A stretch of DNA of 64,000 bases. It comes from Candidatus Porisulfidus sp. TsSOB (lineage in GTDB: Bacteria > Pseudomonadota > Gammaproteobacteria > Poriferisulfidales > Poriferisulfidaceae). This document shows positions 8,844 through 21,899 of this stretch, piece after piece. Location of the stretch: NCBI GenBank assembly GCA_002631715.1, contig MRSX01000001.1, forward strand, positions 48,057-112,056. Direction: 5' to 3'. The notes under the pieces are model-generated. The model saw nothing but the letters and a program-made list of their open reading frames with translations. It ran no database searches and had not been told where the DNA came from. Made by a program: the position numbers and the translations under genes. Position 1 is the first letter of the stretch; each line of letters starts with the position of its first letter.

Positions 8844-10723
8844 ACGGCTCGAATAGAAAGACCTATACGGCGGCAGGGCTCGGCCTGTTGGCCGTGCTGT
8901 TTGTCTCTTCCATCATGTTGAGCAATCTGGCCTTGGACAACATGCGGCTGGATCTGACCGAACAGAAGCTCTACACCATGAGCGAGGGAACCCTGAAGGT
9001 AATCGACAGCATCCAGCAGCCGATCAACCTGTACCTGTTCTTCTCGGATCGGGCCAGCGCAGAAAACGCCCCCCTGCGCAACTACGCCCGGCGGGTTCGG
9101 GAACTGCTGGAAGAGTATACGTATTATTCGGACGGTCGGCTGATCCTGCACGTGATCGATCCGGCGCCGTATTCGGAAGAGGAAGACCGGGCGACGGAGT
9201 TCAATTTGCAATCGCTCCCAATGCAAGGCGGCGACAAGTTGTATTTCGGCCTGGTTGGCACGAATGTGGTGGATGACGTCGAAGTCATCGAATTCTTCCA
9301 GCCGGACCGCGAGGCCTTCCTTGAGTACGACATCAGCCAGTTGATCTATGCCCTGACGAATCCGGCGAAGCCCGTGGTGGGAATCCTTACCGGCCTGCAG
9401 GTATTCGGCGGGTTTGACTTGGCAAGCCAGCAATCCACGCCCCAGTGGGCGATCCTCGACCATATCGAACGACTGTTCGAGGCCCGCCAGATCGACATTG
9501 AAGCTGGGGTGATCGACCCGGACATCCGGATCCTGATGCTGATTCACCCGAAGGACCTGTCCGAGAAAATGCTGTATGCGGTGGACCAGTTCCTGATGCG
9601 TGGGGGACGGCTAATGCTGTTCGCCGACCCGTATGCGGACAAGGACCCCATGTTCCAGGATGCCAGCAATCCTCCGGATTCGGGCGGAATTCAGGCCTCC
9701 GAAATCGATCGGTTGCTGGATGCGTGGGGGCTTGAGATCGGCATGGACGCGATCGTGGCCGACCGAGCCTTGGCCCTGCCGGTGCAGAGCCCGAATGTCC
9801 AGCGGCCGGTTCGCCATGTCTCGTTCATCGGGCTTGACGAGGAAGGAATCAACAAGGACAACCTGATCTCCGCCCAGCTGTCCCGGGTAACGTTCGCGTT
9901 CGCGGGTCAGATCAAGAAGACGGACGCGTTCCAGGGTGAGTTCGAGCCGCTCTTGTACACGTCGGAGGATTCCGGAGAGATTCCGAAGCCGCGCTACCGA
10001 CACCTTCCCGACCCGACTGCCTTGCTGGAGTGGTTCGAACCCGGTAATACCCCCCTGACGCTGGCTGCTTGGGTGCGGCTGCAGCCGGACAGCATGTTCC
10101 CGGAGGGCCCGCCTGAGGATGCGGCGCCGCCTGCGGACGGCCATTTGGCTGAGGCACGGGAGGTGGTCGACGCGATCGTGGTTGCGGATGCCGACATGCT
10201 GTCGGATACCTTGTGGGCGCGGGTGCAGAACTTTTTTGGGCAGCGGATCGTACAGGCTTGGGCCAGCAACGGCGATTTCATTGTCAACGCACTGGAGAGT
10301 CTGGCTGGCAGCGGCGACTTAATCGGCTTGCGGGGTCGTTCCGAATTTGCGAGACCGTTCCATGTGGTCGAACAACTGCGGCGACAGGCGGAGCAACGGT
10401 TCCATGTCAAGGAGGAAGAGCTCCAGCAGCGGCTGCAGGAGGCGGAGGAAAACATCGGCCGGATCCAGCAGCTGAGACAGGAAGGGGAGCAGAGCCTGTT
10501 GACGGAGCAGCAGCGTGCTGAAATCGAGGCTTTCCAGCAAGAGCGGTTACGGGTACGCCGTGAGTTGCGCTCGGTTCGACACGAACTGGATCGGGATATC
10601 GAACACCTCGGCTTCGTCCTGCGCCTGATCAATATCTGGCTGGTTCCAGTCTTGGTCACGATGGCTGCAGTCGGTCTGTGGCTGTTTCAGCGCCGGCGCC
10701 GTTCCCGGAGGGCGACCTCATGA
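8840..10723 (+). CDS. GldG-like ABC-type auxiliary component (ABC_transp_aux family)
   Basis: 627 aa. N-terminal TM, large periplasmic domain, C-terminal TM with coiled coil. Typical partner of the preceding ABC pair. Confidence 0.7.
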   Translation: MNGSNRKTYTAAGLGLLAVLFVSSIMLSNLALDNMRLDLTEQKLYTMSEGTLKVIDSIQQPINLYLFFSDRASAENAPLRNYARRVRELLEEYTYYSDGRLILHVIDPAPYSEEEDRATEFNLQSLPMQGGDKLYFGLVGTNVVDDVEVIEFFQPDREAFLEYDISQLIYALTNPAKPVVGILTGLQVFGGFDLASQQSTPQWAILDHIERLFEARQIDIEAGVIDPDIRILMLIHPKDLSEKMLYAVDQFLMRGGRLMLFADPYADKDPMFQDASNPPDSGGIQASEIDRLLDAWGLEIGMDAIVADRALALPVQSPNVQRPVRHVSFIGLDEEGINKDNLISAQLSRVTFAFAGQIKKTDAFQGEFEPLLYTSEDSGEIPKPRYRHLPDPTALLEWFEPGNTPLTLAAWVRLQPDSMFPEGPPEDAAPPADGHLAEAREVVDAIVVADADMLSDTLWARVQNFFGQRIVQAWASNGDFIVNALESLAGSGDLIGLRGRSEFARPFHVVEQLRRQAEQRFHVKEEELQQRLQEAEENIGRIQQLRQEGEQSLLTEQQRAEIEAFQQERLRVRRELRSVRHELDRDIEHLGFVLRLINIWLVPVLVTMAAVGLWLFQRRRRSRRATS

Positions 10724-11748
10724 ACCGTCGCGAATTGAACATCTTGGCGATCCTGACTGGGATCGTGTTGCTCTTGACTGCCGCGATGTACAACATCCGT
10801 TACCAGTCTGGCGACCAGGAATACATCGGGAGCTTGTGGCTTGAGAATCTCGATATCAACTCCGTCACCCGCATCGACGTCACCGGGCCGGGGAATATGC
10901 CGCAGGTCGCCTTGGAGCGTCGCCCGGAAGGGTGGGGAGTGGTGCAGCGTCAGCACTATCCTGCGAATGTAGGCGCCATCCGCAGCCTGTTGCTGGACTT
11001 GTCGGAAGCAAAACTGCTTGAGCGCAAGACCCATGATCCGGCGCAACATGCCCAGTTGGGCTTGGGCGGAATCGAACGGCTCGAGGCAAAAGGGCAGCAG
11101 GTTACGCTTCACTCAGCGGAAGGTGCTCAGTCGGTTCGCATTGGCGCGACCCCGGATGGGCGCAGCGCCACTTATGTACGAAATGCCGACGACGATCAGG
11201 GCTGGCTTGTGGATCGGACATTCACGATCCCAAGCGAACCACGACGCTGGCTCGACCCGGAGTTGCTGGATATCGGAATGGAGCAGATACAACGGATGGA
11301 AGTCGTGCACCCGGATGGAGAAAGGATCGAAGGGCAACGGGCGGAAGAAGCCGCGGACGTGAAATTCACTGTGCTCAACCTCCCCGAAGGCGCGACGCTG
11401 AAAAACGAGTACGCACTCAGCCGGATGGCCAGCGCCATTGCCAGCCTGTCGCTAGAGGATGTCATGCCGGCATCCCAAGCCGAGGTTTACCTGGAAGACG
11501 CGGCCCAAGCCCGGTACGAGTTCTATCAGGGCTACAGCCTGGAAGCGCGCTTGTTCCCAGTGGATGTGGAACGGTATGCACGCTTTACGGTGCACTTGGG
11601 AGAGGACATGAGCGACGAAGACCGTACCCGGGCGAGCATGCTTGCCCGGCATCTTGAGGGCTGGGCATTCCGAATCCCGTCTTTCGCCCATGACAGCATG
11701 GCACTGCGTTGGGCCGATATTCTGGAGGGAGGCGAGGAGCCCGAGTAA
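10720..11748 (+). CDS. DUF4340-like protein (usual fourth gene of GldG-type ABC clusters)
   Basis: Start taken at MNRRELNILAILTGIVLLL (signal anchor), overlapping the gldG-like stop (ATGA). 342 aa. Confidence 0.55.
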   Translation: MNRRELNILAILTGIVLLLTAAMYNIRYQSGDQEYIGSLWLENLDINSVTRIDVTGPGNMPQVALERRPEGWGVVQRQHYPANVGAIRSLLLDLSEAKLLERKTHDPAQHAQLGLGGIERLEAKGQQVTLHSAEGAQSVRIGATPDGRSATYVRNADDDQGWLVDRTFTIPSEPRRWLDPELLDIGMEQIQRMEVVHPDGERIEGQRAEEAADVKFTVLNLPEGATLKNEYALSRMASAIASLSLEDVMPASQAEVYLEDAAQARYEFYQGYSLEARLFPVDVERYARFTVHLGEDMSDEDRTRASMLARHLEGWAFRIPSFAHDSMALRWADILEGGEEPE

Positions 11749-11749
11749 T

Positions 11750-14225
<2,476 letters not shown>

Positions 14226-14233
14226 CTTCCGTT

Positions 14234-16537
14234 TTGAAGAAAAAAACTCCCAAGCGCCCCAAGCAACAGGATTCGCAGCCGCCCCGTATGTCTCCGGTGT
14301 TCCGCGAGGGCGCGTTGCTCGTCTTCACGGCCTTGGCCGTCTACCTGCTGGTCGCACTGATCACCTATCACCCGGATGACCCGAGTTGGTTCGATACCGG
14401 GGACGGGAATATCCGGAACGCAGCTGGAAAGGTGGGCGCAATCGTGGCCGACCTATTACTGTATTTGTTGGGCTACATCGCGTATCTGGTTCCATTCATG
14501 CTGGGATACCACGGGTGGCTTCTATACAGCCAGAAGGCAATCCCAGAGGATGTGAAGAAACTCGGCTGGGGCTTGGCTGCGTTGCGTTGGGGTGGATTCT
14601 TCATGACGTTGATGGCGGCCTGTTCCCTGATTGGCATCTATCTGCTGGCACCGACTTTGCCAACTGGTAGTGGTGGATTGGTTGGAAAGGGAGTCGCGGG
14701 CGGATTTGTCGCGGCATTTAGCGAGGTGGGCGCGACGGTGCTACTGCTGGCGCTGCTGCTCGTCGGCACCACCCTGTGGACCAGTTTTTCGTGGCTGAAA
14801 GTCGTGGATCTCACCGGCAAGTTCGCTTGGGATGCAGGCTCTGCCATCATTGCGGGGATTCAGCGTATTCAGGAATATTTCTCCGGGCGTCGAGATCGCC
14901 AGCAACGGGAAGAAAAGCGGAAGCGGACAAAGGAGAAAAGGGCGTCCAAGAGCCCCACCCGGATCGAACCCAAGATCCAGATCGAGGCCGACGCCAAAAG
15001 GCAAGCGAAAGAAAAGCAGATTTCTTTGCTGCCCGCTAGCGGCACTAAGGAGTTGCCACCGCTCGATCTGTTGGATGAACCCATGGAAGGGAGCATGGGA
15101 TATTCTGAGGAAACTCTCAGCAATATGTCGAAACAGATTGAAATTAAAATGGAAGAATTCAAGGTCGATGTCACGGTAGTAGCCGTGACACCCGGCCCGA
15201 TCGTGACTCGTTTCGACTTGGAGCCGGCTCCGGGAGTGCGAGGCAGCAAGATCAGCAGTTATGCGAAAGATTTGGCGCGTTCGCTGTCCGTGGTCAGCGT
15301 TCGCGTGGAAGAAGTGGTCGAGGGGAAATCGGTGATCGGCCTGGAAGTGCCGAACGAGGATCGCGAAATGGTGATGGCCAGCGAGATCCTGCGGTCGGCC
15401 GCATTCAGCCAATCCCCGTCCTTGCTGACGCTGGCGCTTGGCAAGAGCATCAACGGCGAACCGGTGGTCTGCGATCTGGCGAGCATGCCGCACCTCCTGG
15501 TGGCCGGGACAACCGGTTCCGGCAAGTCGGTGGCGATCAACGCCATGATCTTGAGCTTGCTGTACAAGGCTTTGCCGAAGGACCTGCGGTTGATTCTGAT
15601 CGATCCGAAGATGCTGGAACTCGCCATTTATGAAGGCATTCCTAATTTGCTGACCCCGGTGGTCACCAATATGGGACAGGCGGCCCGGGCCCTGTTGTGG
15701 TGCGTGGGTCAGATGGAGCGACGCTATACGGTCATGTCGAGATTGGGTGTACGTAACTTGAACGGTTACAACCGAAAGATCGAAGAAGCGGCCAAGAACA
15801 AGGAACCCATCCCGGATCCAACATACGAGAGCCTTGGCGAGGAAGATGAGGCGCCACCGTTGGAACACCTGCCTCATATCGTGGTCGTGATTGATGAATT
15901 CGCGGACATGATGATGGTTGCCGGAAAAAAGGTCGAGGATTACATCATCCGCTTGGCACAGAAGGCCCGTGCTGCCGGTATCCATCTGATTCTCGCCACA
16001 CAGCGCCCGACGCGAGAAGTGATCACCGGCTTGATCAAATCGAATATCCCCGCCCGCATCTCTTTCCGGGTTGCCTCGCAGATTGATTCGCGCACGATTC
16101 TGGATCAGGGCGGGGCGGAACAATTGCTGGGTCATGGGGACATGCTGTTCCTGGATTCAGGCGAGACGCTGCCCAAGCGAGTCCACGGTGCATTCATTTC
16201 GGACGATGAGGTTCGTCAGGTTGCTAAATACCTGCGCGAGCACGGCGGCGAGCCCGACTATCTGGAAGAAGTCACACAAGAAGAAACTACCGTCTCAATT
16301 CCCGGGCTGACTGAGGAAAATGATGAGGAGGGCGCGGAAGATCCGCTGTATCAAGCGGCAGTGGAAATTGTGCGCCGAGATCGGAAAGCCTCCGTCTCGT
16401 ACCTACAGCGACGCCTCAAGGTCGGCTACAACCGTGCGGCCCGGATGATCGAGGAAATGGAGGCCGCGGAGATTATCGGTGCGGTGCAGCCGGGGGGTGC
16501 CCGCGAGGTGCTTCTGCCTCCGCCTGACGAATCGTGA
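14234..16537 (+). CDS. ftsK: DNA translocase FtsK
   Basis: 767 aa. N-terminal TM helices, Pro/Gln/Lys-rich linker, motor domain with GTTGSGKSV Walker A, C-terminal gamma (winged-helix) domain. TTG start in track; an internal ATG at 14288 is an alternative. Confidence 0.95.
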   Translation: MKKKTPKRPKQQDSQPPRMSPVFREGALLVFTALAVYLLVALITYHPDDPSWFDTGDGNIRNAAGKVGAIVADLLLYLLGYIAYLVPFMLGYHGWLLYSQKAIPEDVKKLGWGLAALRWGGFFMTLMAACSLIGIYLLAPTLPTGSGGLVGKGVAGGFVAAFSEVGATVLLLALLLVGTTLWTSFSWLKVVDLTGKFAWDAGSAIIAGIQRIQEYFSGRRDRQQREEKRKRTKEKRASKSPTRIEPKIQIEADAKRQAKEKQISLLPASGTKELPPLDLLDEPMEGSMGYSEETLSNMSKQIEIKMEEFKVDVTVVAVTPGPIVTRFDLEPAPGVRGSKISSYAKDLARSLSVVSVRVEEVVEGKSVIGLEVPNEDREMVMASEILRSAAFSQSPSLLTLALGKSINGEPVVCDLASMPHLLVAGTTGSGKSVAINAMILSLLYKALPKDLRLILIDPKMLELAIYEGIPNLLTPVVTNMGQAARALLWCVGQMERRYTVMSRLGVRNLNGYNRKIEEAAKNKEPIPDPTYESLGEEDEAPPLEHLPHIVVVIDEFADMMMVAGKKVEDYIIRLAQKARAAGIHLILATQRPTREVITGLIKSNIPARISFRVASQIDSRTILDQGGAEQLLGHGDMLFLDSGETLPKRVHGAFISDDEVRQVAKYLREHGGEPDYLEEVTQEETTVSIPGLTEENDEEGAEDPLYQAAVEIVRRDRKASVSYLQRRLKVGYNRAARMIEEMEAAEIIGAVQPGGAREVLLPPPDES

Positions 16538-17175
16538 TGGCGTCTCCGGCAGTCCGATCCCTGGTCTTTGCCGGCCTATTCGGACTGGTCGCAATTCAGG
16601 ATGTGCCAGCGACTCCGGAAAGTGAGCTTGAGCGGTTTTTCGAACAGACTCAGTCCCTGACGGCATTTTTCCAGCAGGAAGTCTGGTCGGCGGACGGGGA
16701 ACTCCTGTCCTCCGGGCATGGCGACATGAGCCTGTTGCGTCCGAATTTCATGCGCTGGAATTACCGGGAGCCCGAACCCCTGATCTTGGTTTCCGATGGT
16801 GTCAATTTCTGGTCTTATGATCCGATTCTTGAGCAGGCTACCGTCGCGCGGGTGGAAGACGCTCTAAACGATACGCCGCTTTCGGCTTTGCTCGGCTCGC
16901 GGGTCTTGGAAGATCTGTTCACGGTCAAGCGCACCCAGCAACAGGACGGGATCGATTGGGTTGTGTTGCAGTCTCGGGCAGGTGCTGCACGGCCAGTTGA
17001 GCTTTTGATCGGTTTGCGTTCGGGCACGCTGGAACGCTTGCACTTCGTCGATCAGTTCGGGCAGGAAGTACAGGTCCGGTTCGAACAGGTGCAGGTGAAT
17101 CCTCCCCTGCAGCCGGAATCCTTTTCCTACCAGCCGCCACGAGGCACGGATATTCTTGGCACGCCGACTCAATGA
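16534..17175 (+). CDS. lolA: outer-membrane lipoprotein carrier protein LolA
   Basis: 213 aa with signal peptide. LILVSDGVNFWSYDPILEQATV aligns with E. coli LolA [21 protein letters not shown]. ftsK-lolA-rarA synteny. Confidence 0.85.
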   Translation: MMASPAVRSLVFAGLFGLVAIQDVPATPESELERFFEQTQSLTAFFQQEVWSADGELLSSGHGDMSLLRPNFMRWNYREPEPLILVSDGVNFWSYDPILEQATVARVEDALNDTPLSALLGSRVLEDLFTVKRTQQQDGIDWVVLQSRAGAARPVELLIGLRSGTLERLHFVDQFGQEVQVRFEQVQVNPPLQPESFSYQPPRGTDILGTPTQ

Positions 17176-18500
17176 GTGAACTGTTCGATTCGAGAAAAGA
17201 ATTCCGCCCGTTGGCGGATCGGATGCGTCCACGGAGTCTGGAGGAATTTGTCGGGCAACAGCACCTGCTTGCAGAAGGACTGCCTCTGCGGCAGGCGGTC
17301 GAGGCTGGAAAACTTCACTCCATGGTGTTCTGGGGGCCTCCGGGCACGGGCAAGACCACGCTGGCAAAACTGATTAGCCGATACGCCGAGGCCCGGTTCG
17401 TCAGTCTCTCAGCCGTACTGGCCGGAGTCAAGGAAATCCGCGAGGCGATCACGGAAGCCCGGTTGGCCCAGGATCGCGATCAGCAGGCTACCGCGCTGTT
17501 CATCGATGAGGTCCATCGTCTCAACAAGGCGCAACAAGATGTGTTTTTGCCGCATGTCGAGGATGGGACGATCTACCTGCTCGGCGCAACAACGGAGAAC
17601 CCTTCGTTCGAACTCAACAATGCATTGCTGTCCCGTGTCCGTGTCTATGTCCTGAAAATGCTCGAGAAAGAGGATTTAGCGCAATTGCTTGAGTGGGCGC
17701 TGACGGACGAAGAGCGGGGTGCGGGCACCCGCCCGGCTACGTTGGAAGACGATGCGCGCGACTTGATGATTCAGGTGGCGGATGGCGACGCACGTGTTTT
17801 GCTAAATCTGCTGGAGATCGGCTTGGACCTTGCGCCGGAGCAGGAGGGAAAGAAAGTCATCGATGCGGCGATCATGCAGCAGGTCGCAGGGCAGGGCACT
17901 CGGCGTTTCGACAAGGGAGGAGAGTATTTTTACGACCAGATATCCGCGCTTCACAAGTCGGTGCGAGGGTCCGATCCGGATGCTGCCCTTTACTGGCTAT
18001 GCCGTATGCTGGACGGGGGCTGTGACCCTCGGTATATCGCCCGGCGCGTGGTACGGATGGCAAGCGAGGACATCGGAAACGCCGCCCCACAGGCACTCAA
18101 CCTGTGCCTGTCCGCCTGGCAGGCCTATGAGCGACTGGGTTCTCCCGAAGGAGAATTGGCCATCGCATCGGCAGTCGCCTATCTGGCTTGTTCACCTAAA
18201 AGCAATGCGGTGTACACGGCTTACAAGGCGGCGATGGAACAGGCCAAGAAATCGGGCACCTTGGAAGTCCCGATGCACTTGCGCAATGCCCCGACCCAAC
18301 TGATGAAGGATCTGGGTTATGGGAAAGACTATCAATACGCACACGACCACGAGGACGGGTACGTGACCGACGAAGTCTATCTGCCCGAGTCCTTGCAAGG
18401 CATGTCGTTCTATTTTCCCGTCGACCGGGGCCACGAGAAGGCAATCGGGGAGTGGCTGCAGAAGATCCGGGAAAGTGCACGCCGGCGTTCGGCCAATTGA
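17172..18500 (+). CDS. rarA: replication-associated recombination protein A (MgsA/RarA AAA+ ATPase)
   Basis: 442 aa. GPPGTGKTTLA Walker A, FIDEVHRLNK sensor, RarA C-terminal domain. Confidence 0.95.
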   Translation: MSELFDSRKEFRPLADRMRPRSLEEFVGQQHLLAEGLPLRQAVEAGKLHSMVFWGPPGTGKTTLAKLISRYAEARFVSLSAVLAGVKEIREAITEARLAQDRDQQATALFIDEVHRLNKAQQDVFLPHVEDGTIYLLGATTENPSFELNNALLSRVRVYVLKMLEKEDLAQLLEWALTDEERGAGTRPATLEDDARDLMIQVADGDARVLLNLLEIGLDLAPEQEGKKVIDAAIMQQVAGQGTRRFDKGGEYFYDQISALHKSVRGSDPDAALYWLCRMLDGGCDPRYIARRVVRMASEDIGNAAPQALNLCLSAWQAYERLGSPEGELAIASAVAYLACSPKSNAVYTAYKAAMEQAKKSGTLEVPMHLRNAPTQLMKDLGYGKDYQYAHDHEDGYVTDEVYLPESLQGMSFYFPVDRGHEKAIGEWLQKIRESARRRSAN

Positions 18501-18545
18501 GGGCGGCCCGGAAGCGGAAGCGCCCGGGCCTTGGTAGAATCGAGA

Positions 18546-18974
18546 TTAGTCGCTGGTTTCTGGCGTGAAAGGATCCACGGGATTGCCGGCTTCAACCCAG
18601 GCTCTGAATCCCCCGGCCATATGCTTAACGTTTTCGAAGCCCATCTGCTTGAGCGTGTTGGCGGCCAATGCCGAGCGGCCGCTGGTCCCGCAATACAGGA
18701 TCAGGTTCTCGGCTTGAGCGAAGATCGGCAGATGCTTCGGCGAAGACGGGTCGGCATAGAATTCCAGCATGCCGCGCGAGGCATGGTGCGCACCGGGCAC
18801 CGTACCGGTTTGGGCCAGTTCATTCTGGTCGCGCACGTCGATGACGGCGACGCCAGGCTCGTTCAGGGCCTGAGCGACGGCCGCGGCGGAGACTTCGTCG
18901 ACCTGGTCGACGGCCTCGGACAGCATTTCCTTGAATCCTCGCTTGATTTGTACAGGCATGGTATGTCCTCCCAA
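18546..18974 (-). CDS. single-domain rhodanese-like sulfurtransferase
   Basis: 142 aa. Active-site loop LYCGTSGRS with catalytic Cys. Start may be the internal MPVQ at 18959. Confidence 0.8.
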   Translation of the reverse strand: MGGHTMPVQIKRGFKEMLSEAVDQVDEVSAAAVAQALNEPGVAVIDVRDQNELAQTGTVPGAHHASRGMLEFYADPSSPKHLPIFAQAENLILYCGTSGRSALAANTLKQMGFENVKHMAGGFRAWVEAGNPVDPFTPETSD

Positions 18975-19024
18975 GCCAAATGTCGTGCAAACTATCGTAA
19001 CGCATCATGCGGCAGGAGGGTTTG

Positions 19025-20095
19025 ATGGGGACCAGTCCTTTGGAGCTTCCTTTGGGTTCACTGATCGTGGACGTGTCTGGGAAGGAGTTGGGGCCCGAGG
19101 ACCGCGAGATTCTTGCTCACCCCCTGGTTGGGGGTCTGATCCTGTTTACACGGAACTACGAATCTCCCGAGCAACTCGAGGAATTGATCCGGCAAGTCCA
19201 TCAGATCCGGACGCCGGGTCTGGCGGTCTGCGTGGATCAGGAAGGCGGGACAGTCCAGCGTTTCCGGAAAGGGTTTACGCGCCTGCCGGCCGCCCAGGCG
19301 CTCGGCAAACTGTACCGCCGGGACCGGGAGCATGCCTACCGGGCCTGTACGTTGATGGGCTGGTTGATGGCAGCCGAATTACGGGCGGTCGGCGTGGACA
19401 TTTCGTTCGCTCCCGTGGTGGACCTGAACTGGGGGACCAGCGAGGTCATCGGCGGACGAGCCTTCCATCGGAATCCGTACACCGTTTCCGAACTGGCTTC
19501 TCGTTACATTGCCGGCATGCACCAAGCCGGGATGAAATCGGTTATCAAGCATTTCCCGGGGCATGGGCACGTGCACGAGGATTCGCACAAGGATATGCCA
19601 GTCGACAAGCGCGGTTTTCAGGAAATCCAGGGCGAGGATCTGGTTCCATTCGAACACTTGGGGTCGGCCTACGGCGAAGGAGTGATGACGGCCCACATCA
19701 TCTTCCCGGAGGTGGACGAGGTTCCAGTCACTTTCTCGCACAAATGGCTACAGCGCATCTTGCGCGGCCAGATGAGTTTTCCCGGGGTGGTGTTCAGCGA
19801 CGACCTGAACATGCACGCGGCCCACTTGCACGAAGACATCGAATCCCGGGTGCGTGCGGCATTTCAGGCGGGCTGCGACGTGGCGCTGCTGTGCAATAAT
19901 CGCCCGGCAGTCAACGAAGTGCTGGATCACTTGAAGGAATACCATAATCCGGTGGCCAGCCTGCGTCTGTTCCGAATGCGTGGTGCCCCGGAAGCCGAAC
20001 CGCTCAAGGGTTTGCACCAATTGCCAATGTGGAAAGAAGCGGTGGAATTGGCGGTTCGTTATGCTGAAGAGGACGAATTGGAGTTGAATTTATGA
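19025..20095 (+). CDS. nagZ: beta-N-acetylhexosaminidase NagZ
   Basis: EDREILAHPLVGGLILFTRNY, VDQEGGTVQRF, KHFPGHG motifs collinear with E. coli NagZ. Start set at MGTSPLEL by homology (track ORF begins at 19007). Confidence 0.9.
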   Translation: MGTSPLELPLGSLIVDVSGKELGPEDREILAHPLVGGLILFTRNYESPEQLEELIRQVHQIRTPGLAVCVDQEGGTVQRFRKGFTRLPAAQALGKLYRRDREHAYRACTLMGWLMAAELRAVGVDISFAPVVDLNWGTSEVIGGRAFHRNPYTVSELASRYIAGMHQAGMKSVIKHFPGHGHVHEDSHKDMPVDKRGFQEIQGEDLVPFEHLGSAYGEGVMTAHIIFPEVDEVPVTFSHKWLQRILRGQMSFPGVVFSDDLNMHAAHLHEDIESRVRAAFQAGCDVALLCNNRPAVNEVLDHLKEYHNPVASLRLFRMRGAPEAEPLKGLHQLPMWKEAVELAVRYAEEDELELNL

Positions 20096-21165
20096 TCGAA
20101 CAGTGGTTTGAGATCGGCCAGGCACATCTGGGGCAAGGAGGGGTGTCTCAAGTGCTCCTGCTATTGGGCGGGGCACTGGTAGCGAGCGTTATCGGGCGTT
20201 GGCTTTTGAACATTCTGCAACGCGGCGCACAACGCACGACCTACCTCATGGATGACGCCGTGCTGAGTTCGGCATCCAGGCCCGTGCAGGCCTTGATCTG
20301 GTTCATCGCGCTGACGCTGATTGTTCAGTTGCTGTTGGGAGAATCCTCTTTCGCATCCTGGCTGCCGAAGATTCAGAGAGCAGGGGTTTTCCTGATTCTA
20401 GGGTGGTTCCTGTTCTCGCTCATCCGCGACTACAGTGCCGAAGCACGCCAGCGAGCCCGAGCTGGAGGCAAGGAACTGGATGAGGATTTGCATCTGGCGG
20501 TCGCCCGGACCCTGCAGGCCGCCATCGTCGTGCTTGTCGGCATGGGCTTGCTTCAGACCTTCGGCGTGAGCATCGTGGGCCTCCTCACGTTCAGCGGGGT
20601 TGGCGGTTTGGTCGTGGGGTTCGCGGCCAAGGACATGCTTGGAAACTTCTTCGGCGGCTTGATGCTGCACATGGATCGTCCGTTCAAGACCGGTGACTGG
20701 GTTCGCTCCCCGGACCGCGATATCGAGGGGACTGTCGAAAGAATCGGATGGCGTCAGACCTTGATCCGGACTTTTTCAAAAAATGCCCTGTACATCCCGA
20801 ACGGCATGTTCCTGAACATCGTGATCGAGAATCCGAGTCAGATGTCTCACCGGATGATCAAGGCAGTCATCGGGCTCCGCTACGACGACCTGGGGAAGAT
20901 GAAGACGATCGTCGACGAAGTGCAGGCGTTGCTGGAGGGATCGCCGGATATCGATCAAGAAATGCCAGTGTTGGCCCGCTTCGACATGTTCAACGATTCC
21001 TCGGTGGATTTCTTCATCCAGTGCTATACCCCCGAGGTCCATCGCGCGGAATACACCCGGATCAAGCAGAATCTCCTGCTCGCGGTAGCGGAAATCGTGG
21101 AACGGCACGGCGCCGAGATTGCGTTCCCGACGCGAACGCTGCACGTGCAGTCGCAGTCCGGCTGA
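20092..21165 (+). CDS. mechanosensitive ion channel, MscS family
   Basis: 357 aa. 3 N-terminal TM helices and the MscS core GNFFGGLMLHMDRPFKTGDWV...GTVERIGWRQTLIRT. Confidence 0.85.
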   Translation: MIEQWFEIGQAHLGQGGVSQVLLLLGGALVASVIGRWLLNILQRGAQRTTYLMDDAVLSSASRPVQALIWFIALTLIVQLLLGESSFASWLPKIQRAGVFLILGWFLFSLIRDYSAEARQRARAGGKELDEDLHLAVARTLQAAIVVLVGMGLLQTFGVSIVGLLTFSGVGGLVVGFAAKDMLGNFFGGLMLHMDRPFKTGDWVRSPDRDIEGTVERIGWRQTLIRTFSKNALYIPNGMFLNIVIENPSQMSHRMIKAVIGLRYDDLGKMKTIVDEVQALLEGSPDIDQEMPVLARFDMFNDSSVDFFIQCYTPEVHRAEYTRIKQNLLLAVAEIVERHGAEIAFPTRTLHVQSQSG

Positions 21166-21176
21166 GACCGGAAGAA

Positions 21177-21899
21177 TCAGCGCGCCGAACTGGTGGCGCG
21201 GGTGGTTCGACTCGCCTCGAGATCGAGCGGGTCCTCTTCGACCGGCGTGACCTGTGTAAGAACCCCGAGCAAGGGGTGATCCATGTAGTTGAGGTCGCCG
21301 GAACGGAGCTTGCGGTTGACCTGGAGTAGCAAGCCGTCTGATCCAGCGGATTCTCCGTCGAGGTCCGAGGTTGTGGCGGGATAGTGATACAGCAGATTCA
21401 GATCGATCTGCAAGAACTGTTCCTTGGACAGTCGCAGGCTTCCGTCCAGTGCCGGGGCATCCGGGGATGCCTCTGAAAACGCTTTTCCGTTGGTCAGGCG
21501 GACCGGGTGGGCTTCGTCCGGGTGCGAGGCCGGTTGCTGCCAGGCGGCGTGGTGGAGGATCCGGTATTGCCCGGATTTTTCCAGTCGGATCCGTTCCCCT
21601 ACCATGGGTTGTCGGAGTTCATTGAGGCGCAGGTATCCGCTCAGGCATTCCGCAACTTCTTCTTCAGACAGGAAACGTCGTATAAATTCAGCCCCCGATC
21701 GTGCAGGGAGACAGAAATACTGGCGGAAATCCACCGCTTGGTCCAGTTCCATGTCGGGAACCGATTCAAAATGCTGGACCTGGTCCGTGGATTCGGCGGG
21801 TTGCATGAATATGAGGATTTCCACGCGATAAAGGTCTTCAGCCCAGCCCGCGGCAGGCAGGAGCGCAAGAGTCAGGAACCAAGCAGAAATCTTCCTCAT
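21177..21899 (-). CDS. CsiV-like periplasmic protein (conserved partner of mfd)
   Basis: 240 aa with signal peptide then YRVEILIF motif. Lies immediately downstream of mfd, the usual csiV position. Family call from memory. Confidence 0.5.
   Translation of the reverse strand: MRKISAWFLTLALLPAAGWAEDLYRVEILIFMQPAESTDQVQHFESVPDMELDQAVDFRQYFCLPARSGAEFIRRFLSEEEVAECLSGYLRLNELRQPMVGERIRLEKSGQYRILHHAAWQQPASHPDEAHPVRLTNGKAFSEASPDAPALDGSLRLSKEQFLQIDLNLLYHYPATTSDLDGESAGSDGLLLQVNRKLRSGDLNYMDHPLLGVLTQVTPVEEDPLDLEASRTTRATSSAR

Noticed and set aside
14741-16135. 464-aa minus-strand ORF.
   Set aside because: Antisense to ftsK, which has unambiguous motor-domain motifs.
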